A DNA stretch of 64,000 nucleotides from Gallionella sp. (GTDB taxonomy: Bacteria > Pseudomonadota > Gammaproteobacteria > Burkholderiales > Gallionellaceae). Position 1 is the first letter of the stretch, and every line of letters starts with the position of its first letter. Of this stretch, positions 10,478 through 19,617 are shown in pieces. A program made the translations under genes and the position numbers. Location: the NCBI GenBank assembly GCA_028689145.1, contig JAQTWT010000002.1:289533-353532 (forward strand). The letters run 5' to 3'. The notes beneath the pieces are model-generated. The model made no database searches and was not told where the DNA came from. It was given only the letters and a program-made list of their open reading frames with translations.

Positions 10478-11508
10478 GACAGGTTGTATTTCAAACCGCA
10501 CAACCAGGCAAGCAACATGGATTTATTCTGGTACTTACTCTGTGGATTATGGTTATCGTGTCCATTGCAGCGGGATATTTTTCCGAACGCGTTGCGCGCT
10601 CTATCGAACTCGCGCAACAATCCCGCCAAAACACCCGTGCCATTATCGACATGGCCGGAACAAAAGCCGAAATACTCTATCGCCTCGGCACGGTATCCTT
10701 GACCGAATACGGAGCTGGACGGGGCAACACAGCGATTGCGCTTGATAACCGCCCGTATTATGGTTTTGGCAAAACCATAATACGTCTTCAGGATACGCGC
10801 GGCTTATTGAACCTTAACCTGACCGAAGACAGCAGAATGCAGCGATTTCTGGGTCTGCTAGAGATACCTGCGGAACAGCGCGGCCCCATGATTGATACCC
10901 TGCGTGATTTTATTGATGAAGACAAACTGCACCGGCTCAATGGCGCAGAAGATGACGAATATCGCGCACAGGGACTGCCACCTCCCCCCAATAGGAATCT
11001 TGTTACACCATGGGAATCAAAACGCATTATCGGTTGGCGTAATGCGCCTGAATTATGGAAAAACGGGAGGCTTGTCGAGCTGACAACCACCAGTTTCTCG
11101 GTTGGTATCAACCCCAACACTGCGCCGGCCGATGTGCTGGCAACACTTCCTGGTGTCACCGAAGAGTTCGCCCAAGCGATCATAGCGCGGCGCCAATTAT
11201 CCCCGATTACCCAAGAGGGGCAAATAGTCGAGATTACCTCAACACCGCTAAATCTGGGCTTGGGGACGGGGATTATCGCCATACCGAGCGATACCATACG
11301 CATTACGCAATCAACGCAGGGTGTTCCCTGGGCTCTCCAATACATTATCAAGTTAACACCCAACGACAAGGACGCGCCGTGGCAAACCGATTATTACAGC
11401 CGAGTTAGCTTGGATCGGCGTGATGAAACAAAAGCTGATATTCAGGAACTTCCTGCTCGTTCCAGCGCATTACCCGACAAAATGCCCAACTTCCTTTTCG
11501 GCGGATAA
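10474..11508 (+). CDS. gspK: Minor pseudopilin GspK
   Basis: G/FILVLTLW prepilin lacking E5 (typical of GspK), LLNLN, DFIDED..HRLNGAE and INPNTAPADVL helical-domain motifs. Confidence 0.88.
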   Translation: MRQVVFQTAQPGKQHGFILVLTLWIMVIVSIAAGYFSERVARSIELAQQSRQNTRAIIDMAGTKAEILYRLGTVSLTEYGAGRGNTAIALDNRPYYGFGKTIIRLQDTRGLLNLNLTEDSRMQRFLGLLEIPAEQRGPMIDTLRDFIDEDKLHRLNGAEDDEYRAQGLPPPPNRNLVTPWESKRIIGWRNAPELWKNGRLVELTTTSFSVGINPNTAPADVLATLPGVTEEFAQAIIARRQLSPITQEGQIVEITSTPLNLGLGTGIIAIPSDTIRITQSTQGVPWALQYIIKLTPNDKDAPWQTDYYSRVSLDRRDETKADIQELPARSSALPDKMPNFLFGG

Positions 11509-11774
11509 CGCACTAAAACATCAACTCTTAGGCAAAAACTGATTCTTTGGAAATTGCACTGAAAAAAGAGTTGTGTTCGGCGGAGTTAAAGCATCGGTTC
11601 AATTTCTGATTCAATAAAAGGCCGCAAATTAAATATGGTTTTGGTTTTTAATTTAATCGAAAAATATTATTTAATCAATGCGTTGAGAAGCTCACTGCCG
11701 AATCTATTAACCCGCAATAGAGCGCTTCCCTAAACCGGACTTTCATTTGCTTGTGCCTGTCTAAAATTTGCATC

Positions 11775-11801
11775 TTGGCACTCCTGTATCGAGAGTGCTA
11801 A
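11775..11801 (+). promoter_or_regulatory. CIRCE element (HrcA operator) overlapping a putative rpoH promoter
   Basis: TTGGCACTC-ctgtatcga-GAGTGCTAA: one mismatch to TTAGCACTC-N9-GAGTGCTAA, ending 24 bp upstream of the rpoH ATG; overlaps TTGGCA-N18-TAAAAT. Confidence 0.88.
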
Positions 11802-11825
11802 AATATCCCCAAAGGAGGACTTGCC

Positions 11826-12680
11826 ATGAATATTGCAATGGACTTACCCGTTCCGACAGCCGTTGGCAGCTTGGATGGCTACATACAGACAGTGAACCGC
11901 TTTCCGCTGTTATCGCAGGAAGAGGAGTTCGCGTTAGCGACGCGTTTCAGAACCGAGAATGATTTGGATGCCGCTCGCGAATTGGTGTTATCCCATCTTC
12001 GCGTGGTGGTCAGCGTTGCGCGCGGTTTTGCCGGTTACGGGCTGCCCCAAGCGGATCTGATTCAGGAAGGCAACATCGGCCTGATGAAAGCCGTAAAACA
12101 CTACGATCCGGATCGCGGAGTGCGGTTGGTGTCGTTCGCACTGCACTGGATACGTGCCGAGATTCATGAGTTCGTGGTGCGCAACTGGCGCTTGGTTAAG
12201 ATCGCCACCACCAAGTCGCAGCGCAAGCTGTTTTTCAACTTGCGCAGCATGAAGCAGGGGTTGGAACAGCTAAAACCGCAACAGATCACTGAGATTGCCA
12301 AACAATTGAATGTCAGCGAGCATGACGTGGTCGAGATGGAGGCACGTTTTGCCGGACACGAGATCGCGCTGGAACCGGGTGGTAGCGATGATGATGAGAG
12401 CCATGCGCCGATTTATTATCTGCCCGACAGCGAAGAGCATGAGCCGTTGCGTATTCTGGAAACAGTTGAGCGTGAGCGCCTGCAAACATCCGGTTTGGCG
12501 CGCGCGCTGGATGGTCTGGATGAACGCAGCCGCCGTATCGTGAAAGCACGCTGGTTAAGTGAGGGAGACGCGGCAACCCTGCATGAATTGGCTGCCGAAT
12601 TCAATGTGTCCGCCGAACGCATCCGCCAAATTGAGCAGAAAGCATTAAGTAAAATGCATGCGGTGCTAGCTGCAGTTTGA
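11826..12680 (+). CDS. rpoH: Heat-shock sigma factor sigma-32
   Basis: RpoH box QRKLFFNLR, region 2 DLIQEGNIGLMKAV, region 4 SAERIRQIE; RBS AAGGAGG. Confidence 0.97.
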   Translation: MNIAMDLPVPTAVGSLDGYIQTVNRFPLLSQEEEFALATRFRTENDLDAARELVLSHLRVVVSVARGFAGYGLPQADLIQEGNIGLMKAVKHYDPDRGVRLVSFALHWIRAEIHEFVVRNWRLVKIATTKSQRKLFFNLRSMKQGLEQLKPQQITEIAKQLNVSEHDVVEMEARFAGHEIALEPGGSDDDESHAPIYYLPDSEEHEPLRILETVERERLQTSGLARALDGLDERSRRIVKARWLSEGDAATLHELAAEFNVSAERIRQIEQKALSKMHAVLAAV

Positions 12681-12728
12681 CGGCAATATTTATAATATTG
12701 GCCGTTTCGTTAAGCACTGTAAGTTAAT

Positions 12729-12751
12729 CAAACCCGCTTCTGGCGGGTTTG
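12729..12751 (+). terminator. Probable intrinsic terminator after rpoH
   Basis: CAAACCCGC-ttctg-GCGGGTTTG inverted repeat followed by T-rich bases. Confidence 0.7.
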
Positions 12752-12855
12752 TTACTTTCCGGGCAGGATCCACAAACAAGCCATCGCGCTGCGCTTGCCT
12801 TTGGTAAAATGCGGGGTATGCACCAATATATTCATTTCAAGGATGTAACGTACTT

Positions 12856-14247
12856 ATGAACGCTGTAAATCAACTGATCGTGGACCTGGAGCTGATACGC
12901 AGGCTGGATAAGAACGGCCCACGCTACACTTCCTATCCGACCGCGGATCGTTTTGCCAAGGATTTTAATGCGGAGAGCTACGCCGGATGGCTGGCCAAGC
13001 GCAGGGCCGACAGCGTCGCCCGCCCGCTGTCGCTGTATATCCATATTCCGTTTTGCAATACGTTGTGCTTCTACTGCGCCTGCAACAAGATTATCACCAA
13101 GGATCGCAGCCAATCCGCCGAATATGTGCGCTACCTGATTAAGGAAATGGCGATGCAGGCTGAACTGCTCGGGCCGGGGCAGGTTGTCGAACAATTGCAC
13201 TTCGGCGGAGGCACGCCGACATTCCTGAGCGATGACGAAATTCGCCAGTTGATGGCGGCGATACGCGGGCACTTCAAGCTGGTGGAAGACGGCGAATACT
13301 CCATCGAGATCGACCCGCGCAAGGTTAGCGACGAAACCATCGCGCTGCTCGGCAAGGAGGGTTTCAACCGCATCAGCATCGGCGTGCAGGATTTTGATGC
13401 CGAGGTGCAGCGCGCGGTGAACCGCATCCAGAGCGAGGAAGAGACCTTGCGCATCATCAAGGCATCGCGGGCCAACGGTTTCAAGTCGGTCAGCATCGAC
13501 CTGATTTACGGCCTGCCCAAGCAGACGCTGGAAGGATTCGGTGTGACGCTGGACAAGATCATCGCCGCCGATCCGGACCGATTGTCCATCTACAATTACG
13601 CGCATATGCCGACCATTTTTATGCCGCAGCGGCGTATCGAGGAACAGGATTTGCCCGCGCCGCAGGTGAAGCTGGATATTCTCAGTCTGGCCGTGAGCAA
13701 GCTGACCGATGCCGGTTATGTGTACATCGGCATGGACCATTTTGCCAAGCCGGAGGACGAACTCGCCGTGGCGCAGCGCCAAGGCCGGCTGCACCGCAAC
13801 TTCCAGGGCTATTCCACCCATTCCGATTGCGATCTGGTCGCGCTCGGGGTGAGTGCTATTGGCAAGATCGGTACGACCTACAGCCAGAATTACCGCGAGG
13901 TGGAAGAATATTACGGTGCGCTGGACAAGGATCAATTGCCGATCATGCGCGGTATGGAGTTGAACGACGATGATGTGATTCGGCGCGAAATTATCCAGGC
14001 ATTGATGTGCCATTTCGAGCTTGCCAAAGATACGTTCAATACCGATTACAAGGTCGAGTTTGATAGCTACTTTGCTACCGAGCTTGAGGAACTGCGCGAA
14101 TACCAACGCGAAGGGCTGCTGGAAATGACACCGCAACGAATCGTCGTGACTCCCAAAGGACGTATGCTGATCCGCAACATCTGCATGGTATTCGACAAAT
14201 ATCTGCGCACCCGCACCGAACACGCACGTTATTCAAAAGTGATTTGA
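12856..14247 (+). CDS. hemN: Oxygen-independent coproporphyrinogen III oxidase (radical SAM)
   Basis: GPRYTSYPTA, HIPFCNTLCFYCAC (CX3CX2C), LHFGGGTPT, RNFQGYST. Confidence 0.97.
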   Translation: MNAVNQLIVDLELIRRLDKNGPRYTSYPTADRFAKDFNAESYAGWLAKRRADSVARPLSLYIHIPFCNTLCFYCACNKIITKDRSQSAEYVRYLIKEMAMQAELLGPGQVVEQLHFGGGTPTFLSDDEIRQLMAAIRGHFKLVEDGEYSIEIDPRKVSDETIALLGKEGFNRISIGVQDFDAEVQRAVNRIQSEEETLRIIKASRANGFKSVSIDLIYGLPKQTLEGFGVTLDKIIAADPDRLSIYNYAHMPTIFMPQRRIEEQDLPAPQVKLDILSLAVSKLTDAGYVYIGMDHFAKPEDELAVAQRQGRLHRNFQGYSTHSDCDLVALGVSAIGKIGTTYSQNYREVEEYYGALDKDQLPIMRGMELNDDDVIRREIIQALMCHFELAKDTFNTDYKVEFDSYFATELEELREYQREGLLEMTPQRIVVTPKGRMLIRNICMVFDKYLRTRTEHARYSKVI

Positions 14248-14250
14248 CCG

Positions 14251-14277
14251 GGTGCGCTGGCACCCTGCCAGCGCACC
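14251..14277. repeat. Perfect 12-bp hairpin between hemN and asmA
   Basis: GGTGCGCTGGCA-ccc-TGCCAGCGCACC; no U-tract, so more likely an mRNA stabiliser or REP-like element than a terminator. Confidence 0.6.
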
Positions 14278-14310
14278 ACTATAACCCCTCCATTCACCGC
14301 GGGAGTCATC

Positions 14311-16545
14311 ATGAACAGAATTCTCAAGTATGGTTTGATAGGTGTTGGCGCAGTGGTTGGTATCGCCGTTGCGGGTGGCGCGTACATAGCAGCGACTTTC
14401 AATCCCAACGACTATAAAGCCGCAATCATTCAGGCGGTGAAGGACAGCAAGCAGCGCGATCTGCATATCAACGGTGACATCAAACTTTCGTTCTTCCCCA
14501 GCATCGGCGCAACTATGGGCAAGGTATCGCTGTCCGAATTCAACAGCGACAAGGAGTTTGCCGCAGTCGAACATGCGCGGGTTTCGTTGGCGCTGATGCC
14601 ATTGTTGAGCAAGCAAATGATCGTGAATGAAGTGGCGGTGAGCGGTTTAAATGCCACGCTGGTCAAATATAAAAACGGCCCGACCAATATCGACGATCTG
14701 CTGGGCAAAGATGAAAAGAAAAATGACGATAGCCAGCCGGTTAAATTCGATATTGCATCGGTATCCATAGAAAAAACAAATCTCATTTATCGCGATGAAG
14801 GCACGGGGGCGCAGTACGCGATCAGGGACTTAAACCTGAAGACCGGACGCATCGCAAACGGCGCACCAAGCAAGATCGACCTGTCATTCAGCGTGCAGGC
14901 GAATCAACCCAAGCTGGACATTTCCGCGCAGCTCAAGACCACGCTGACCTTCGATCTGGAAAAACAGCGTTATCAATTGGAGGGTCTGGATTTGCAGGCC
15001 GGCGGCGCAGCGCTGGATATCAGCAATCTGACGCTGAATGCCGGCGGCGATGCCAGCGCGGATTTGACCACGCAGGAATTCAGCGCAAGCAAATTTACGC
15101 TGCATGCGACCGGAAAAAAAGCCAAGGATAACTTCGAGGCCACGCTGGATGCGCCGGCGCTGAGTCTGGCTAAAGATAAATTCTCCGGCGACAAATTGAC
15201 GCTGAATGCCAAGCTGGACGGCGCATCCGGTAATATTGCCGCAGCCTTGTCGCTGCCCGGCCTGGAAGGCAACGCACAATCTTTCAAGAGCAGCGCGTTC
15301 ACGCTCGATCTGGATATGAAACAGCCCGAGCAGGCTTTCAAGGTGACGCTCAGCTCGCCGCTTTCGGGAAACTTTCAGGCACGGCAATTCAACTTGAGCA
15401 ACCTCACCGTGGCGGTCAAGGCCACCGGTGACAAGCTGCCGAACAAATCGGTGAGCAGCGAGATGAAGGGCAGCGTGCAAGTGGATGCGTTAAAGCAGAG
15501 TGTTCAGGCGAATCTCGCAGGCGGATTGCTGCAAAGCCAGATCAGGGCCAAAGTCGGTGTGAACGGTTTTACCAACCCGACGATCCGCTTCGATGCGGAT
15601 GTGGATCAGTTCGATGCCGATCTGTACCTGCCGAAAAAATCTGCCGATGCAACCCGATCCGCTTCAGCCAAAACTGCCCAGCCAGAACAACCGCTGGATT
15701 TGTCGGTATTGCGCAAGCTCAATCTGGACGGCAGCCTGCGCATCGGTGCGCTGAAAGTGGCGAACGTGAAATCCGCCAAGGTGCGCCTCGATGTGAAAGC
15801 GCATAACGGGCTGGTGAATGTCAGTCCGCTATCCGCCAACCTGTATCAGGGCAGCATGAACGGCAGTCTGAGCGTGAATGCGCAAGCCTCGCCGAGCATC
15901 GTCATCAGGCAGAATCTGAGCGGCGTGAATGTCGCCGCGCTGACCGGAGATGCGGCGAATTTCGACACGCTGGAAGGCAAAGGTAATGTCGGTATCAACC
16001 TCGCCATGCAGGGTGATACAGTCAGTGCGATGAAGAAGACGCTTAACGGCAATCTGTCGCTGAACCTGACGGACGGCGCGATCAAGGGCATCAACATTGC
16101 CAAGAAACTGCGCGATGCTCAGGGTATGTTCGGCAAGGGCGGGGCAAGCACGCAAACGCAATCCGCCAACAAGGAAGAGAAGACCGACTTCAGCGAACTC
16201 AAGGCGACCTTCAAGGTGAACAACGGCGTGGCGCACAACGACGACCTGTCGGTGAAAGCGCCGCTGTTGCGCCTGACCGGCAACGGCGACATCAACATCG
16301 GCAATGACAGCATGAATTATGTCGCCAAAGCCACGCTGGCGAAGACGCTGGAAGGGCAGGGCGGCAGGGATATCGTCGGAGGCATCACCGTGCCGGTGAG
16401 GGTCAGCGGGGCGTTTTCCGATCTGAAATACACACTGGATTTCGCCGCAATGGTAGGAGATACCGTCAAGCAGAAGGTGCAAACCGAGGTCAAGACCAAG
16501 TTACAGGATCAGCTTAAAAGCGGGCTGAAGGGGTTGTTTCGGTGA
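14311..16545 (+). CDS. asmA: AsmA family protein
   Basis: N-terminal TM, FNPNDYK, GDIKLSFFPSIG, beta-rich body, C-terminal TDFSEL...HNDDL..KAPLLRLTG. Confidence 0.88.
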   Translation: MNRILKYGLIGVGAVVGIAVAGGAYIAATFNPNDYKAAIIQAVKDSKQRDLHINGDIKLSFFPSIGATMGKVSLSEFNSDKEFAAVEHARVSLALMPLLSKQMIVNEVAVSGLNATLVKYKNGPTNIDDLLGKDEKKNDDSQPVKFDIASVSIEKTNLIYRDEGTGAQYAIRDLNLKTGRIANGAPSKIDLSFSVQANQPKLDISAQLKTTLTFDLEKQRYQLEGLDLQAGGAALDISNLTLNAGGDASADLTTQEFSASKFTLHATGKKAKDNFEATLDAPALSLAKDKFSGDKLTLNAKLDGASGNIAAALSLPGLEGNAQSFKSSAFTLDLDMKQPEQAFKVTLSSPLSGNFQARQFNLSNLTVAVKATGDKLPNKSVSSEMKGSVQVDALKQSVQANLAGGLLQSQIRAKVGVNGFTNPTIRFDADVDQFDADLYLPKKSADATRSASAKTAQPEQPLDLSVLRKLNLDGSLRIGALKVANVKSAKVRLDVKAHNGLVNVSPLSANLYQGSMNGSLSVNAQASPSIVIRQNLSGVNVAALTGDAANFDTLEGKGNVGINLAMQGDTVSAMKKTLNGNLSLNLTDGAIKGINIAKKLRDAQGMFGKGGASTQTQSANKEEKTDFSELKATFKVNNGVAHNDDLSVKAPLLRLTGNGDINIGNDSMNYVAKATLAKTLEGQGGRDIVGGITVPVRVSGAFSDLKYTLDFAAMVGDTVKQKVQTEVKTKLQDQLKSGLKGLFR

Positions 16546-16666
16546 TCGTTATTTGCGCGATTAATGCAAGGGGAACTGCTTCTTGCATGATTGAATTTTT
16601 AACCCGGTAAACTTCAAACCGCTGAATGCCGGCTTCGCCCAGGCATGACAACCAATCCATCGTCAT

Positions 16667-18307
16667 ATGTATTTTATAAAACCAACCGACCCGCATCCGA
16701 TCACACCGGCTAAAGCAACGTTGCTCGGCCTGCTGTGTTTGATCTGGCTGTCCACCGGGCTGGTTGGACACGATCCCTGGAAACCGGATGAGGCGACCAG
16801 CTTCGGGTTGATTTATTCGATATTACAAAGCGGCGATTGGCTGGTACCGACCCTTGCGGGCGAACCGTTTATGGACAAGCCGCCGCTGTATTACTGGACC
16901 GCCGCGCTGTTTGCCAAGTTGTTGACGCCGTTACTGCCGCCGCATGACGGCGCGCGTCTAGCCAGCGGTTTTTACACCGCGCTGACCATGCTGTTTATCG
17001 GCCTCACCGGCCGCAAGCTGTACGGCGAAAATCGCGGTTGGGCGGCGGCGATCATCCTGATCGGCTGCCTTGGCATGCTGGTGCGCGCGCACCAGATGAT
17101 CACCGACCTGACCTTGCTCGCCGGTTGCGCGATGATGCTGTATGGCTTTGCGCAAAGTCAGGAGCGGGTTATGCGTGCTGGTATCTGGATCGGCACGGGA
17201 ATGGGTATCGGCTTCATGTCAAAAGGTTTTATTGCGCCGGTGCTGTTTGTCTTCATCGCATTGTCGCTGCCCGCGTTGTTTCAGAATTGGCGCCAGCGCA
17301 ATTATTGGCACAGCCTTGGTGTCGCCGTGCTGTGCGCGCTGCCGTGGCTCGGCGTATGGCCGTTGCTGTTGTATCAACACTCCCCGCGCTTGTTCACCGA
17401 CTGGGTGTGGACGCACAATGTCGGCAACTGGCTGGATTACGCAAAAAACTTGCCGGGCAAAGAATCGTTTTACTACCTGAAAAATCTGCCGTGGCTGGCT
17501 TGGCCCGCTTTCCCGCTGGCAGTATGGGCGGTATGGCAATCGCGCAAACGCATGGCGCAACGCGACGATCTGCAATTGCCGCTGGTTTGTTTTGCGGTGA
17601 TGCTGGTTACGCTCAGCTTCGTGCCGAATATCAAGGAAGTATTCGCGTTGCCGATGCTGCTGCCGCTTGTGCTGCTGGCGGCATCCTCGCTATCCATGCT
17701 GAAACGCGGTGCGGCCAACGCGCTGGACTGGTTCGGGCTGATGACTTTCGCGCTGCTCGCTATCATGATGTGGTGGGGCTGGGCAGGACTGTTGCTGGAC
17801 AACCACGCCAAAATCACCATCTGGCTGAAGGATTATCAGCCCGGCTTCGAACCGGAGTTTCAGACCATGCCGTTCGCCGCCGCCATCATTGCCACCGTGC
17901 TGTGGCTGGTACTGGTGTGGCGCGTCGGCCGCTCGATGCGCCGCGCGGTAGTGAACTGGCTGGCGGGTATTACCCTGATCTGGATTCTTGCCATGACGCT
18001 GTGGCTGCCGTGGCTGGACAGCGGCAAGAGCTACCGCAACATGGTTTCATCGCTGAAACATGCCATGCCGCAACAATACCGGTGCGTCGGCTACGATTAT
18101 CTGGGTGAAGGACAGCGCGCCATGCTGGATTATTTCGGTAATATCTTTGCCCGGCACGATCCGAAGCACCGTTGCGATTTGCGCCTGATACAGGGCGAAC
18201 GATTGTCCAAACCGCTGTTAGACGCAACGCGCTGGGAAAAGATCTGGGAAGGCAGCCGCAGGGGCGACAAGAGCGAACATTACCGTTTGTACCGGAAAGT
18301 CGGATAA
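16667..18307 (+). CDS. ArnT/PMT-family (GT-C) membrane glycosyltransferase
   Basis: HDPWKPDE, GDWLVPTLAGEPFMDKPPLYYW, many TM helices. Confidence 0.88.
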   Translation: MYFIKPTDPHPITPAKATLLGLLCLIWLSTGLVGHDPWKPDEATSFGLIYSILQSGDWLVPTLAGEPFMDKPPLYYWTAALFAKLLTPLLPPHDGARLASGFYTALTMLFIGLTGRKLYGENRGWAAAIILIGCLGMLVRAHQMITDLTLLAGCAMMLYGFAQSQERVMRAGIWIGTGMGIGFMSKGFIAPVLFVFIALSLPALFQNWRQRNYWHSLGVAVLCALPWLGVWPLLLYQHSPRLFTDWVWTHNVGNWLDYAKNLPGKESFYYLKNLPWLAWPAFPLAVWAVWQSRKRMAQRDDLQLPLVCFAVMLVTLSFVPNIKEVFALPMLLPLVLLAASSLSMLKRGAANALDWFGLMTFALLAIMMWWGWAGLLLDNHAKITIWLKDYQPGFEPEFQTMPFAAAIIATVLWLVLVWRVGRSMRRAVVNWLAGITLIWILAMTLWLPWLDSGKSYRNMVSSLKHAMPQQYRCVGYDYLGEGQRAMLDYFGNIFARHDPKHRCDLRLIQGERLSKPLLDATRWEKIWEGSRRGDKSEHYRLYRKVG

Positions 18308-18346
18308 GCCGGACAGGCCTGAACTCACGCTGTTCGGGTAGTGTTC

Positions 18347-18763
18347 TTACTGACTGAAGATAAGCGCGCTCCGCATCGACATTGCAATCACCCAGTAACG
18401 CGCAAATTTTCCCAGCGCCATGAATAACGCAGCCTGCCACCAGTTGAGGCGCAACCACCCTGCCGCCAGACACAGCGCGTCGCCGATCAGCGGTACCCAT
18501 GCCAGCAGCAACACCGGCGTGCCGTAGCGGCGCAATTTCTCCACATGCTTGAGTTGCTGCGTTTGCGGCAGCAACCAGCCCATGGCAAAACTCACCATGC
18601 CGCCCAGCGTGTTGCCGACCGTGGCGACGAACAGCGCAAGCCACAGCGTTTCCGGATAGTTTTTTAGTACGCCGAATAACACCGCTTCCGAGCCGCCGGG
18701 CAGCAGCGTGGCGGCAAAGAAACTGCCGAAGAAAAGTGACCAGAGACTGGCGGTTTCACTCAT
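18347..18763 (-). CDS. yqaA: YqaA/DedA-family membrane protein
   Basis: AATLLPGGSE, ATVGNTLG, WVPLIGDALCLAAGWLR, GKFARY. Confidence 0.85.
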   Translation of the reverse strand: MSETASLWSLFFGSFFAATLLPGGSEAVLFGVLKNYPETLWLALFVATVGNTLGGMVSFAMGWLLPQTQQLKHVEKLRRYGTPVLLLAWVPLIGDALCLAAGWLRLNWWQAALFMALGKFARYWVIAMSMRSALIFSQ

Positions 18764-18815
18764 ATTTTGAATATCTGTCCAAGCGGCAAGAACTTCCTTG
18801 GCGCGTTATGCCTGC

Positions 18816-19514
18816 TTAGAATTTGATAGCCGAAAAAACTTTTTTCGCCAGGCTCCCCGTCGCTTCAAGCGGATTTGCGCGGATCGCTTTTTCCTGTTCA
18901 GCCATCATCAGGAATAATCCGTCCATCGCTTTGCGCGTAATGTAATCGTCTAGCCTGGCATCGCGTTCGTTCACCAGACCGAACTTAACGCCTTTGCCGG
19001 CGAACTGGTCGTATTTTTCCGCGACCTTCACCTTCAGCATCGCCTTGTTGATGACGGGCTTGAATTTGTCCGCCAGCGCGGTTTCGGTCTTGTTGCGGAA
19101 GTATTGCGTGGCAGCGTCATCGCCGCCGGTGAGGATGGCTTTGGCATCTTCCACCGTCATTTTTTTGACTGCGCCGACCAGCAGGTTTTTCGCTTCAGGC
19201 ACGGCCGCTTCTGCGGCGCGATTCATCGAAGTGGTCAGCTCGTCCGCATATTTGCCCATTCCGAATTTGCGCAGCGCACCGTCGATTTTTTGCAGGCTCT
19301 CCGGCAGCGGAATGCGCACCTTGTCGTTGCCGAGGTAGCCGTTCTCTTTGGCCAGATTTTTTACCGCGGTTTCCGCTCCCTGAGTGAGCGCCTGCTTCAG
19401 GCTGGCGACCTGATCCTTATTGCTGAACCCGGAAAGGTCGAGGGCTGCTGCGCTGGTTGCGGCAAATAAAAATGCGGCAACGAAAATGGTGCGAATGAGA
19501 TTGTGAAATGGCAT
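18816..19514 (-). CDS. DUF4197 family exported protein
   Basis: Signal peptide, LKQALTQG, GYLGNDKVRIPLP, MNRAAEAAVP, DDAATQYF, DGLFLMMAEQEKAIR. Confidence 0.88.
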   Translation of the reverse strand: MPFHNLIRTIFVAAFLFAATSAAALDLSGFSNKDQVASLKQALTQGAETAVKNLAKENGYLGNDKVRIPLPESLQKIDGALRKFGMGKYADELTTSMNRAAEAAVPEAKNLLVGAVKKMTVEDAKAILTGGDDAATQYFRNKTETALADKFKPVINKAMLKVKVAEKYDQFAGKGVKFGLVNERDARLDDYITRKAMDGLFLMMAEQEKAIRANPLEATGSLAKKVFSAIKF

Positions 19515-19545
19515 GGTGAGAGTCCTCGAATGATTGGTTTCTCAT

Positions 19546-19617
19546 GTAGGGGCGTGATTTATCACGCCCTGATCTATTCAGGTATCGTAAAAAGGGCGCG
19601 ATGAATCACGCCCCTAC
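19546..19617. repeat. GTAG-tagged REP doublet (REPIN-like)
   Basis: GTAGGGGCGTGATTTATCACGCCC ... AGGGCGCGATGAATCACGCCCCTAC, inverted pair; the right GTAG contains the lpdA stop. Confidence 0.85.

Noticed and set aside
16624-16649. Possible remnant of a GTCAT-tagged palindromic repeat (also GGGAATGACGG at 59548)
   Set aside because: Too degenerate and short to support as a feature without a genome-wide consensus.
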